Below, in pieces: positions 1 through 12,023 of a stretch of 64,000 bases of DNA. A program made the translations under genes and the position numbers. The notes below the pieces were generated by a model, which saw only the letters and a list, made by a program, of their open reading frames with translations, was not told where the DNA came from and made no database searches. The stretch comes from Octopus sinensis (Eukaryota), in the NCBI RefSeq assembly GCF_006345805.1, contig NC_043003.1:94116001-94180000 (forward strand), given 5' to 3'. Numbering within the stretch: position 1 is the first letter of the stretch; the number at the start of each line of letters is the position of its first letter.

Positions 1-40
1 TTCATTTGTTTTTCAAAATTAAGATAGGCAAAGTTCTTTT

Positions 41-1247
41 TTAATCTAAAATATATTTTCCATCATTTTCTACAACGCTCTTCCATCTATCTGGCAGACT
101 TGCAAAGCCCCTTTTCTAAAGTTCCCTTGTCCGTGACGAAATATACTCCTCCAGTACTGCTCCGACCTTGTCTACAGAATTCATATTTTTTCCGCCCGAA
201 TGATTTTGAAGACTGCCCGAATAAATGATAATTAGGAGGGGCAATGACTGGCGAATCTGTTGGGTGGGGCATCGTTTCTCATTCAAACTGCTCCAGCCTT
301 TGGAATGTCATCCTCACTGTATGTAGCCGAGCATTATACTGATGAAAGAACACCTTTCGTTTTAAAACCGAGGAAGATCGTTTTTCTTCTAATGCTGACT
401 TAAGTCGATCAAGTTGCTTGCAATAGATCGCCTTTGTTATCGTTTGAGTTGGGTTTAAAAGTTCAAAGTGGACTAAACCTTTCATATCCCACCAAACAGA
501 TAACGTCTTACATGGGTGGAGACCTTATTTAGCCTGGGGTGCCGGTGTTTCCCCTTTCCCTACACACTGTCTTCGACGCTTGGCATTCTTATAGAGAACC
601 CATTTCTCGTCATCAGTCACTATTGGGTCCAAAACGAAAGGCTCATTCGTGATACGTGGCAGTAAAGAAGAGCACACATTCAATATCTGCACACCATTAA
701 ACTCACTAAGTTTATGAGGAACTCATTGACCCAATTTACTGACTCTCCCGATGGCATGCAGGTATCGATGAATGGTAGAATGACCAAATTCAAGCTTCTC
801 TGATAATTCCTCAACAGTTACGATAGGATTTTATTCTTCTAGGCTTTGCAGGACGTCCTCATCGAGCTCTGCAGATCTTACAGGACAAGGCTCGTCTTCT
901 AGACTGTAGTTGCCGGCTCAAAATTTCTGGAACCATCGTTGACACTAGCATATACTTATTGCCCGATCCACATATACTGCATTAATATTCCTTGCACTTT
1001 CCGTTGCGGTGTTGCCTTTATTGAACTCACAAAGCAAAATATGCCGAATATGCTCCTTTGTCACTTCCATTATAGCTTTGAAAAAAAAATGCTAAAATCG
1101 AATTGCCCTTTTCAAACCTTGCCCTAAGAACAAATCCAAAGTAAAATTACTACCTGCTTTTAAAGCAATTTGATGTAGGTAGTTTATCCCGCTCCCTTCT
1201 GACTTTTAGTTCATACAATTGAGAAAACCGCCTTATCTATGACCCAA
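41..1247 (-). mobile_element. Mariner (DD34D-type) DNA transposon with a disrupted transposase (~1070 to 41)
   Basis: The minus strand reads MEVTKEHIRHILLCEFNKG from 1070, then *VPHKL (WVPHEL motif with W->stop), IVTDDEKWVLY, FFHQYNARLH and HPTDSPVIAPPNYHLF (YSPDLAPSD motif), ending DGKYILD* at 41. A TIR-like end (ttatctatgacccaa|ta) lies at ~1233-1249. Confidence 0.92.
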
Positions 1248-1954
1248 TAAATATAGACAAACATATAGATGCATTTCAACGAGATAAACATTTGGCTTTA
1301 AAAGGCGTTGCAGAAGTTTATCCTTATATCAGTAGATCTGTAGTTACCATAAAAACGATAGAACTGACTCATAGAATCACTACCTTATTTTAGTTGGTAT
1401 ATTTACAACACTTCATTGCTAATGGATAACAAATTATTTTAACTAAGTCAGGGTCAAGTAAAAAGAGACTTCAAATAATATATTCTTTCTTGGTAAAATA
1501 AGCATTCATGGCAAATTTGTCAACTGTATGCTCATTTTTTCTATATTACTAGTTTCCGCGAATAAGTGATTATTTAGAGGAAAAAGGCCCCACACTGTGA
1601 TTATGTAGAGAAAATGGCCCGAAACAACTATGTTTATTAGAGTAATAGCCAATAACATAGTCGAAATAAAGAAATTCTTTCCATTTGATTTTCTCTTACT
1701 AATATAATCTGTTCGTAATAACTTCTTATATAAGCATATCGGTTCTGTTTTACTTCCGGCGACAAGAAATGGAATTTCAATTCAGAATGTACAGACAAAC
1801 CCAGTACAGATATCGGAAGTTTTCCAATTAGATGCTCTAAAACCTTAACTAATCCACAGCACTAGACTGATTTTCTATTGAATCTGTAAAAATAAAAAGT
1901 TAACTAGATATCATCATCACTTAAATACCGGGGAACCGCCAATGTGTAGTCCTA

Positions 1955-2106
1955 TAGCCAATTCACCACGTAATTGCAAATTCGCTAACAAATTGCCAAC
2001 TCGCTACCTAATTGCCAATGGACCACTTAATAGCCAATTCGTCATTTTATTGCATATTAGCCACACAATTACTGAGTCAGCATTTTATTGTTAATTGTCA
2101 CTTTAG
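1955..2106. repeat. Degenerate 19-bp tandem repeat, 8 units
   Basis: Units in exact 19-nt phase: tagccaattcaccacgtaa / ttgcaaattcgctaacaaa / ttgccaactcgctacctaa / ttgccaatggaccacttaa / tagccaattcgtcatttta / ttgcatattagccacacaa / ttactgagtcagcatttta / ttgttaattgtcactttag. Confidence 0.8.
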
Positions 2107-2251
2107 TTCTTATTCGTTTGCGTAGAAAATTATGCTGAATAAATAATGCAATAAAGAAACGAGAGCAACGTCAGTTAGGACACACGATGATCACGGTTCA
2201 GATATGGAGCATAAATATTTCTAGGGACAATAAATATTTCGCTGAGTTGAA

Positions 2252-2480
2252 AGTGGTGAGTGTCGCTGTCAGAACAGTACGCCGGGCAAAATGATTAGCG
2301 GCATTTCATCCCTCGAGGTCGACTCTACCTTTCATCCTTTCGGATAAAATAAGTACCAGTTGAGTAGTGGGGTCGAGGAAATCGACTTATGCCCTCTAAA
2401 TAAAATAAACTACGCGTTACGTAATGGGGTCGATGCAATTGACTTCCTATTCTCATTAAAATTCTCGCTCTTGTGCCAAA
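2252..2480 (+). mobile_element. Degenerate tRNA-derived SINE (same family as the 25.6-26.5 kb array)
   Basis: Shares cgccgggcaaaatg..agcggcatttc and gaggtcgactctacctttcatcctttcggataaaataagtaccagtt with 25637-25868. Confidence 0.8.
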
Positions 2481-3027
2481 AGTAAACAGAAAAATATTTG
2501 GAACTCGATGGTATAAGAATAACTTATCTATATTCAGATGCTCTGTTGTGTTACCGCGGTGTACACTAGTGACATTTTCCGAATAACAAAATTCAAATTT
2601 TCTGGTCTGGCATAGGTGATAATAATAATAAGTAAATCATAACAAAGTGAATGTATGCATGTTCGGCGGAACTATTCCAATTTTATTACAGAAAAGTGGT
2701 GAACGTACATTAGATAAACGCCTTATAAAGTTATATTTCCATTATGAATTGGTTTTGTAGCCTGTGAAATAACTTTAATGAAAGCTAATTGAAGTAAACA
2801 TAATCCTTAACTATTATCAAGCCTATCACATGGGAACATTAGTGTTTCGTCTCCATTAAGCTGTTTTAATCCAAAATGGAGGCGAACAGCGATGTCATAT
2901 GTGATATGTTTGATAATTACTAAGGAGATCCTTAATATGAAAGCAATGGTAGCCTTAATCCAGAAATAAAGATTCCTTATCTACCAATGCAGTGTTAAAC
3001 ACTCATGCTTACTGTTCGATATTTACG

Positions 3028-3162
3028 TGTATGTATGTATGTATGTATGTATGTATGTATGTATGTATGTATGTATGTATGTATGTATGTATGTATGTAT
3101 GTATGTATGTATGTATGTATGTATGTATGTATGTATGTATGCATGTATGTATATATATATAT
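3028..3162. repeat. (TATG)n microsatellite
   Basis: Directly visible; explains the MYVC-repeat ORFs. Confidence 0.97.
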
Positions 3163-3525
3163 ACATTCATTCATTTCTTTTGCTGCTGCATTATTTTGGT
3201 TATTCACATGTGGCTGAGATGAAGGTTCTGGATTTAGACAGTGTATAAAAATACGAACATTTATAGATGCATTGGAGATACGTTTTAGTTCGTATGGTAT
3301 GTATGAATATTTATTACTATCTACGTTGAGTTATGGCACACTAATGACGGTAAAGGGCATTATATCCCTGGACTAGAAATCAATTGATCTATGGCTAAAA
3401 CATCTTTTTTTTTTTTCATTTCCCTCGCTTTCAGTCCGTGTCTATGTGGTAAATGAGTTAGTTTAGAGTATCATTTGACATCTTCTTCTAGCATGTGGCA
3501 CTTCCATATAGTTTTCCTTTATTAT

Positions 3526-3546
3526 AACACACACACACACGCCCAC

Positions 3547-3612
<66 letters not shown>

Positions 3613-3642
3613 ATATATATATATAATATATATATATATGTA

Positions 3643-3714
<72 letters not shown>
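3526..3714. repeat. Compound (CA)n/(TATC)n/(TA)n/(TG)n microsatellite
   Basis: Directly visible. Confidence 0.97.
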
Positions 3715-3715
<1 letters not shown>

Positions 3716-4309
3716 ATTGTGAGAACAGTCTTTGCTAAATCCTACGGAACTGTATTTTTCTGCCGAGGTTTGTGCGAATATTCTGTGAAAATATATTATT
3801 TTATTTCTGAATAACAACATACATGTTCTTCTTCCTAATATTTAAATGAACCGACGTTACTGATATTCTATAGTCCAAACACATTTTGATAAACATATAG
3901 ATGAGTGGATAGAATGTGTGTCAGTAAAGTGTTTCACTGAAGGCACAGCGGTTTCTCAAACATAGAAATATTGGTACGCATGGTATATTGAAACAGAAAA
4001 GTTCAACATTTCAAATTATCAGATATACCTGAAGAATGCTTTGGAATCGAGGAATAAGTTATTCTTCGATTCCTCTAAAGACGGTGACTAAATCTCTCTT
4101 CAATCTATTTTTATCTCTATATATCTAAAAGTGGTATCATACATTTACTCAAGTGGAAAATTACTATCTCTCATAATATATGCAGTTAAAGTGCGTCATA
4201 TATATATATATATCTATATATATATATATATGTTAATAAAATAGAACATATGCATATATATAAACATATATGTACGTACCTACCTCTACATGTACATATA
4301 CACGCATAT

Positions 4310-4750
4310 ATGTGTACAGGACACCAAAAAGACGTCGAACACATAGAGAGACGAAAAACATAGACACAAACCAAGGAACAGGACAAGCAAAAAAGAAAAA
4401 AAGAGATACAGGACAATAAGCACAACGAAAAATCCCCTTCTTCAGTCGCTAAGGTTTCATCTACTCTACGTTTCGAAGGATAAAAGCGAGACGTATACTT
4501 CGAAGAAACTTCCTTCCTGCGAAAAGCAAATCAATTAAAATTCTGAGATCTTTTCGCAGAGGGGTAAAAAATGGTAAAAAAAGCAAGACGGTAACGACAG
4601 TACAAACATATAAACAGTAAAAAAAAAAAAAATTATATATAAACAGTTGAAAAATAAATATATAACAGTGAGAGACAGGACAAGGAGAACAAGATAAGAA
4701 GGGCTGTTTACGCCAGACGAAAAAAGTAATGCAAACGCTGGATTATAGTG
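4310..4750 (-). repeat. Interspersed repeat between TA tracts, possibly a Penelope-type terminal repeat; similar layout at 40200-40670
   Basis: Minus-strand cgactgaagaaggggatttttcgttgtgc resembles cgacaattgatgaagggtcgttcgttatg at ~40514. Both are flanked by (TA)n. Confidence 0.4.
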
Positions 4751-4896
4751 GACGATTATATATATATATATATAATATATATATATACATATATATATAC
4801 ATACATATTATATACAGATCATATATATATATACACACATACATTTATACAAATACACACACACACACACACACACATACACACACACGCACACAT

Positions 4897-4964
<68 letters not shown>

Positions 4965-5469
4965 TGTGTGTTATATTTATCACAGCTCTTTACTTGGATG
5001 TTTTCTAAGCACATGGGATTTGCTTAAATTGAGATTGAAGAGTAAACATATAATTTTCTATCTGATGCTTAAAGCAACTTCCTACCATGCATATCAAAGT
5101 ATCTCCAATCACATTTGCAATTTCTGCTTGCTCCTTTCTCATTTACTCACATTTCTAGATAAAACTTCTATCGAATAAATAATCTAAATAACATAAAATT
5201 GTAAATATTCACGCTCATAATTATAGGACATCTGGGTGAATATTCGTACTTTAACCTAAATGCATATTTCCTCTGTAAATATTATGCGCTACATAACGAG
5301 CTTCAACTCTGATGAACGATAAGGAAACACCTAGAAAGGTGGGTGAGAAAAATAATTCTATGATGATATTTAAGCTATATGTAGGCGCAGGCATGCTCTA
5401 TATGTAAGCATATATGCATGCATGTATATATTTATGTATGTATGTATGTATTTATGCATGTATGTATGT

Positions 5470-5680
5470 GTGTGTGTGTGTGTATGTGCCTGCGTTTCTG
5501 TTTGCCTCGCCCACCTCTTGGCAACCGGTGTAGGTTTGTTTATGCCAACGTATCTTGGTAGTTCGGTAATAACAGTCCAATAGAATGAGTACCAGACTTA
5601 AAGTTTGTTCGACTAAAACCTTTCCAGGTTTGGCCGCCAGTATGGCCACCGTCCAGTGATTAAAGCAAGAAAAAATAAGA
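5470..5680 (+). mobile_element. 3' half of a tRNA-derived SINE (family of 28500-28915)
   Basis: caaccggtgtaggtttgttt...ttcgactaaa...ccagtatggccaccgtccagtgattaaagcaag matches the SINE 3' part. Confidence 0.75.
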
Positions 5681-5694
5681 CACTTCTGTAAATT

Positions 5695-6245
5695 GTTAGA
5701 ATCAGTAGAACAGTGAACACAATGTATGTTGCTCTCCTTGTGAAAGCCACCGCTTTGAGTTTCTTTGCTCATTCATCCAGGAAGGGATCAGATCAAAAGC
5801 TTTCCTCTCATTATCCCTGTGTGAAATGTTCAACGTAAGTCACCGGCCTTCCGACAGCTAGCGCAGCAGAGGCGCGACACTTTATTTAAGAAAAGTTTTG
5901 ATCGTAGAGTTTGCTGGGTCTGTACATATGTCAAATAGTCACACTGGTGTCCTAACACAACTCAACTTGGCGAAAATCATCCGTTGAGGAAAAAGGAAAA
6001 GTGCTATTGGTATGGGTTTTTATAGGACTATGGATTACGAAGTATGGTCTATCGAATATTCCAGCATAAAAGTGAGCTATGCACTCCCAGTGTGTAGAAT
6101 GTTGTCACTGGGATAACTAACTTGTGACAGGTGCTGGCAAGCCGTCACTTGGTTCTTATATCGTGTCTTCGTATCATAACCAAGTGCAAGCGCTGAATTG
6201 TTCACCTACAAACAGTGAACATAAACGTTTTAGATTGCAGTGGTA
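5695..6245 (+). pseudogene. Highly diverged 28S (LSU) rRNA domain V fragment: rRNA pseudogene or 28S-derived repeat
   Basis: Collinear matches to conserved 28S sequence as recalled: gtgaaagccaccgct (~GTGAAATACCACTACT) at 5740; gagtttgctgggtctgtacatatgtcaaatagtcacactggtgtcctaa (~GAGTTTGACTGGGGCGGTACACCTGTCAAACGGTAACGCAGGTGTCCTAA) at 5907-5955; gttgtcactgggataactaacttgtgac (~GTTACCACAGGGATAACTGGCTTGTGGC) at 6101-6128; tcttcgtatcat (~TCTTCCTATCAT); caagcgctgaattgttcacctacaaacagtgaac (~CAAGCGTTGGATTGTTCACCCACTAATAGGGAAC) at 6187-6220. Confidence 0.85.
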
Positions 6246-6681
6246 CATACTCGTATGTTGTATTCGTTTTGCTGGCATTTTGCACGCATGCAGCAACCGA
6301 CGGAGGTGGTGATTTGTGAACCGCCGCAACCATTCGATGGTCTCTGATTCTCGGTGGCCGGTAGTGTCGTCCCTCTTCTACATAACACCTTCAATACGTC
6401 CCTCTCACCCTCTTCTCGTCACTTAAACTGTTCATTACACGTACTGACCTCTCCGCCCACTACTTTATTTTCAAACATTGGCCCTCAGGAATGCTTGCTC
6501 TGTTGCTGTTTGTCTTGTAATTAATAAGGCAAAACATCAAATGCATCGATCTCGCAAGCCACTGAAGGCCTGGAGATAAGTATGGGCAAAACTATTTCCT
6601 CTAGTGAAAGCCAGTAAATAATGGTAAAACGCCAAATTTGATCACGTTTATCCGCGTGGGCGCTCCGTGATAAGATGGAAG

Positions 6682-6800
6682 GATGATGATGATGATGATG
6701 ACGATGATGATGATAATAGTGATGATGGTGATGATGATGATGAGAAGGAGGACGATGATGATGATGATGATGATGATTATGATAGTGGGAATGATAGAGG
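6682..6800. repeat. (GAT)n low-complexity tract
   Basis: Directly visible; source of the poly-M and poly-I ORFs. Confidence 0.95.
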
Positions 6801-7412
6801 TGATGGGGATAAAGCAGATGGGCAACAAAGAATGTTTTAAAATGGGATGTGGTGAAGGGAACGAAGGTGGTGTTGGAGGAGGTGGGAAAATATTTCCGCT
6901 GCTACTAGCATATTGACACCAAGTTCATCCATCTTCGTGCTATTAAATACATCGTCATCACAATCATCAATCACCCTACGCACCATCTCTATCATCTTTC
7001 ACAGCATCTTTACGATTACAATCACTAGATACTGGGGTGGCAATCATCAGCTTATGCAAATTCAATGCCATAATCACCATCGCTTTCAGCGACTTCAAAT
7101 CTTCAACCGTTGCTACAACTGCTATTACAATATTTGAACAACAAACCTAAATTAAAAACGTCATATATACAGATATGGCATATGGTCTTTGCTCAGTTTT
7201 ATATATACATGTTTATATTATATTTTTCACTAGTTTCTGTATATATATATAACCATAATCACAACCTTCATCTAGAACCTGTTCAAAAATGAATATGCAT
7301 TTTATCATACTCATTGCTATCAATAAATGCATATAAATACAGATACAGAAAGATAATTATTGTGTGCATAATATATCTATATTTTGTACATATCTATATT
7401 AATATGTACGTA

Positions 7413-7459
<47 letters not shown>

Positions 7460-7576
7460 TAAGGGTGAGAGAATTAGATACTAATTTAATAGTATATCTA
7501 TTCAACACCAAGTGGCCTAGTGCTCCGAGAAACCTGGATTATTATAATATTTTATAATATATTATAATATTTTTAC

Positions 7577-7664
7577 AAAATAAATATAAGAGAGTGGTCA
7601 CTATATGGCTCACTCTATGGTGCTAGAGTGAGCCATATAGTGACCACTCTCTTATATTTATTTT
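7577..7664. repeat. Perfect 41-bp inverted repeat with a 6-nt spacer
   Basis: aaaataaatataagagagtggtcactatatggctcactcta - tggtgc - tagagtgagccatatagtgaccactctcttatatttatttt. Confidence 0.95.
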
Positions 7665-7727
7665 ATATATATATATATACCTATGTATGTACATATAAAT
7701 ATGTGTATATATGTGTATATATATATA

Positions 7728-7794
<67 letters not shown>

Positions 7795-7800
7795 ATATAT

Positions 7801-8027
7801 ATATGAGAGAGGTTTCTTTAAGTATTAGAAATAGTTTTAAAAAAAGTTTTTTTAGCTACTATTTCTAATGAGTTCAGTATGCGGCAAAGTAATTTATTTT
7901 ACTAAGTCCTTTTATATAATGTAATAATTTGAATTCGCCTTAAATGGTCCCTTTGCATACTGAATACTTGGTGAAATTGATTAATAATAATTAATTAATT
8001 TTACCCTCAATTGTTGTAAATATAAAC

Positions 8028-8062
<35 letters not shown>

Positions 8063-8658
8063 GTTCAAACATACACCTACACATACATAAATATATATAA
8101 ATTCATATATAGAAATATATGTACATTAAATCATGTTCTTTTAAAATTGTTGGAAATATAATTTACCGTTACTACATATTCTTAAATGTGGGCATAGTAA
8201 AGGCTTACCTTATATATGTATAGATATATATAGGGGAAGAATGCAGAAAGAAAAAACCAAGGACGAAGGCAGGTGGTGTAGACAACAAACAGATGTATTA
8301 GTATAACGCTCGGGAAGTGAAGAATTCTTTAACATTTCGAGCCTAAGCTCTTCCACAGAAAGTAACACAGAAACAAGGAGGTATACTTATATATACATGT
8401 ATATATATATATATATATATTTAATGTACATCTGTTTGTTGTCTACACCACCTGCCTTCGTCCTTGGTTTTTTCTTTCTGCATTCCTCCCCTATATATAT
8501 CTATACATATATAAGGTAAGCCTTTACTATGCCCACATTTAAGAATATGTAGTAACGGTAAATTATATTTCCAACAATTTTAAAAGAACATGATTTAATG
8601 TACATATATTTCTATATATGAATTTATATATATTTATGTATGTGTAGGTGTATGTTTG

Positions 8659-8704
<46 letters not shown>

Positions 8705-8930
8705 TATATTTACAACAATTGAGGGTAAAATTAATTAATTATTATTAATCAATTTCACCAAGTATTCAGTATGCAAAGGGGCCATTTAAGGCGAATTCAA
8801 ATTATTACATTATATAAAAGGGCTTAGTAAAATAAATTACTTTGCCGCATACTGAACTCATTAGAAATAGTAGCTAAAAAAACTTTTTTTAAAACTATTT
8901 CTAATACTTAAAGAAAACTTCTCTCATATA
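7801..8930. repeat. Large inverted duplication (~500-bp arms at 7801-8297 and 8427-8930; ~130-bp spacer)
   Basis: The arms are near-identical reverse complements, e.g. gcaggtggtgtagacaacaaacagatgta / tacatctgtttgttgtctacaccacctgc and gagttcagtatgcggcaaag / ctttgccgcatactgaactc. Confidence 0.93.
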
Positions 8931-9635
8931 GTGTTTGCTCAATTCAACTCACGAAAGTATGGGGGTAAAGACATTAAAAAATCAAATGCAAAGGTTATTT
9001 GAGTTTTTTTAGCTACTATTTCTAATGAGTTCAGTATGCGGCAAAGTAATTTATTTTACTAAGCCCTTTTATATAATGTAATAATTTGAATTCGCCTTAA
9101 ATGGTCCCTTTGCATACTGAATACTTGGTGAAATTGATTAATAATAATTAATTAATTTTACCCTCAATTGTTGAAATTATAATTCATCTCTCTCTATTTA
9201 ATGCTTCGGATTTTACCGAAAAAGCATAGTGTTTACTGATTTTAACCCACGCTGGTGGAAAGGGGAGAGCAGAAATTCTTCGCTTGCATATTTGAGTTTG
9301 CTGGCACTGTTAGTTTCGAGCAGATCTTCAGAAGCGATAAGAAGCCGAAAGGGTATGCTCCCACTTTCAGTGTTTTCAAATCCAAACCAAGGAGTTCTGA
9401 GCTGATGATAGAAATGTCGAGTTGACTAATCTTGAACCGTACGTCTCAAATAACCTTTGCATTTGATTTTTTAATGTCTTTACCCCCATACTTTCGTGAG
9501 TTGAATTGAGCAAACACTATATGAGAGAGGTTTTCTTTAAGTATTAGAAATAGTTTTAAAAAAAGTTTTTTTAGCTACTATTTCTAATGAGTTCAGTATG
9601 CGGCAAAGTAATTTATTTTACTAAGCCCTTTTATA
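8820..9635. mobile_element. Rearranged direct and inverted copies of a Penelope-type terminal repeat, with hammerhead-like motifs
   Basis: 9004-9175 is a direct copy of ~7848-8015. 8820-9003 is inverted at 9445-9635. Degenerate hammerhead motifs lie at 9398-9448 (+) and 9300-9335 (-). Confidence 0.6.
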
Positions 9636-10104
9636 TGTTTATATTTACATACGTACACATGCATACATTTATATTTCGCAGCCAGGTTGATAAGCATCCT
9701 GGCACATGAAACACACTAGCGTACGCATTTACATATACGCATACACACACACACACACAGACACACACACACACATACACACACACACATACACACATAC
9801 ACACACACAAGCACACGGAAACACATATATAAAGTTCACAGCCACAGGCTGCCACGCAAAATCGCGTAGGCGATGCATTCCAGCCATCCATCCCACCACA
9901 CAGACACCCCACACACATATGTGTGTATCTATTTAAATATTTCTTTTCATACATATTTATATTTATACATGTATGCACTTACATATATATATGTATATAT
10001 ACCTGTATATTCCTATTCACAAATAATATATATATATATATATACATAAATAAATTTAAATATATTATAATACGGTATGTTATAATATAATATAATATAA
10101 TGTA

Positions 10105-10137
<33 letters not shown>

Positions 10138-10166
10138 TATGTGTGTATATATCTATATATATATAT

Positions 10167-10253
<87 letters not shown>

Positions 10254-10616
10254 CGGATGCGTTGTCCTCTTTATACCACTTCAATCCTTCCAATCATTGA
10301 ATGTTTCTAATAATAGGCAAACGTACTGCTCTACGCTTCTATAGCAACACAGGGTGTGTTTGTTTTAAAGACATCTGCTTATGACAAAAATATAAACAAA
10401 AATTACATATAAAGAGAATATAGATATAGATGCGTGTAGGTTTAAATGGATTTCTTCCAGCAACTGTTACTTTACGCCATCCTAGTTTTCAAACATATGT
10501 GTCCTGTCTGATAGTTAAATATAATGCTTAAATAGTTTGAGTGCTGCCTTTAATATACATAAACGAAATGTTTTTGAAAGACATAGATATACATATACAT
10601 ACATGCATATATATAT

Positions 10617-10663
<47 letters not shown>

Positions 10664-10750
10664 TATATATTTATATACATATATATCTATCTATATATAT
10701 ACATATATATATACACACATATATATATACATATATACGTACATGCATAT

Positions 10751-10799
<49 letters not shown>

Positions 10800-10802
<3 letters not shown>

Positions 10803-12023
10803 GGTTGGACAAAATAATGGAAATACCTAGCATCATAGCATCATAATTTTGAAATATCTATAAAACCGTCAAAAGCTTGTTGATTTATTATTAGTGTTGC
10901 TTAATACGTTTTGCTAAAATTGCTGTTTCTTTTCAGATATCATCAGAAAAAGCTAATTAAAATTCACCTAAAATGACAGATATATCGGACTTCCAAAGAG
11001 GTGAAATTATTGGTGCTCGTATGGCAAGTGCTAGCGTAACGAAAGCAGCCGAAATGTTTGGTCTATCAATAAGTACTGTCTCGAAAGTGATGACAGCCTT
11101 TGAAGAAAAATCTTCCTCGTCGAAACAAAAATCCGGAAGAAAACCAAAACTTTCAGACAGGGACCGTCGAACTCTTACGCGAATTGTTAGAAAGGGTCAC
11201 AACATTACAGCTCGGAAAATTACTGCAGTGGTTAATGAGCACCTCGAAACCCAGTTTCCATAAAAACTGATCACCCAGAAGCTGCACAAAACCGGATTTC
11301 ACGGGAGGGCTGCAATCAGAAAACCACTACTTTCAAAAACAAACGTTTCAAAGCTTTTAGAGTGGAATAAAAACCCGCAGAATTGGTCCCTAGAGCAGTG
11401 GAAGAGTCGTCCTTTACCTTATTTCCGACCACTGGCTGAGTATACGTGTGGAGACAGCCAAGAAAAGCATTTGACCCTGACTGCCTTCTTCCAGCTGTTA
11501 AACGTGGAGGAGGATCTGTGATGATCTGGTGGGGGCTATATCCTGGAAAGCCGCCGACCCAATGGTTTCCCTTCATGGCAGATATCTAGTCAAGACTATT
11601 TAAGCATTTTATCTGATCAAATTCATCCTATGATTGTGGAACTGTTTCCGGAAGGAAACGCAATCTTTCAGGATGATAATGTACCAATTCACACAGCTAA
11701 ATTTGTCAACGAAGAACATTCTAGTGAAGTTGAACACCTTATCCGACCACCACAGTCCCCAAATCTCAATATTATTGAACATTTGTGGTGCATTTTAGAA
11801 AATCAAATAAAGAGTCTATATCCTCCACCATCATCACTACAAGAACTGGAGACTGTTTTAGCTGAAGAATGGGCAAATGTTCCTTTGGAAACAATTCAAA
11901 CTTTGTACGAGTCCATACCTCGTAGAATTCACGCTGTAATTACTGCCAAAGGCGGTCCTAATCCATATTAAGATAAATTATTTTGACATTTTAAGGTGTT
12001 TCCATTATTTTGTCACACTGCTG
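10800..12023 (+). mobile_element. Tc1-family (DD34E) transposon with a frameshifted transposase (10973-11971)
   Basis: TIRs cagggttggacaaaataatggaaatacct (10800) and aggtgtttccattattttgtcacactgctg (11994-12023). N-terminal MTDISDFQRGEIIGAR..SGRKPKLSDRDRR; VKRGGGSVMIW; IFQDDNVPIH..SPNLNIIEHLW..AKGGPNPY. Inserted at the end of a (TA)n tract. Confidence 0.95.

Noticed and set aside
1955-2106. CRISPR-like array
   Set aside because: The units are contiguous with no repeat-spacer alternation, the context is eukaryotic, and no cas genes are present.
4430-4482. Permuted (type II) hammerhead on the minus strand: GAAACGUA...CUGAAGA
   Set aside because: The core words are present but no stem I can be formed in this copy; a family consensus would be needed.
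5308-5340. CTGATGA...GAAAC hammerhead-like words
   Set aside because: No stem II or stem III pairing.
5900-6190. Apparent microRNA cluster (hairpins tcccagtg/cactggga and cacttggtt/aaccaagtg; seeds UCACCGG and UCACUGG)
   Set aside because: The stems are short (8-9 bp), and the whole region is better explained by collinear 28S rRNA homology.
5695-6245. Functional rRNA gene
   Set aside because: It is only a fragment, the P-loop and other universal positions are altered, and no 18S, 5.8S or ITS context is present.
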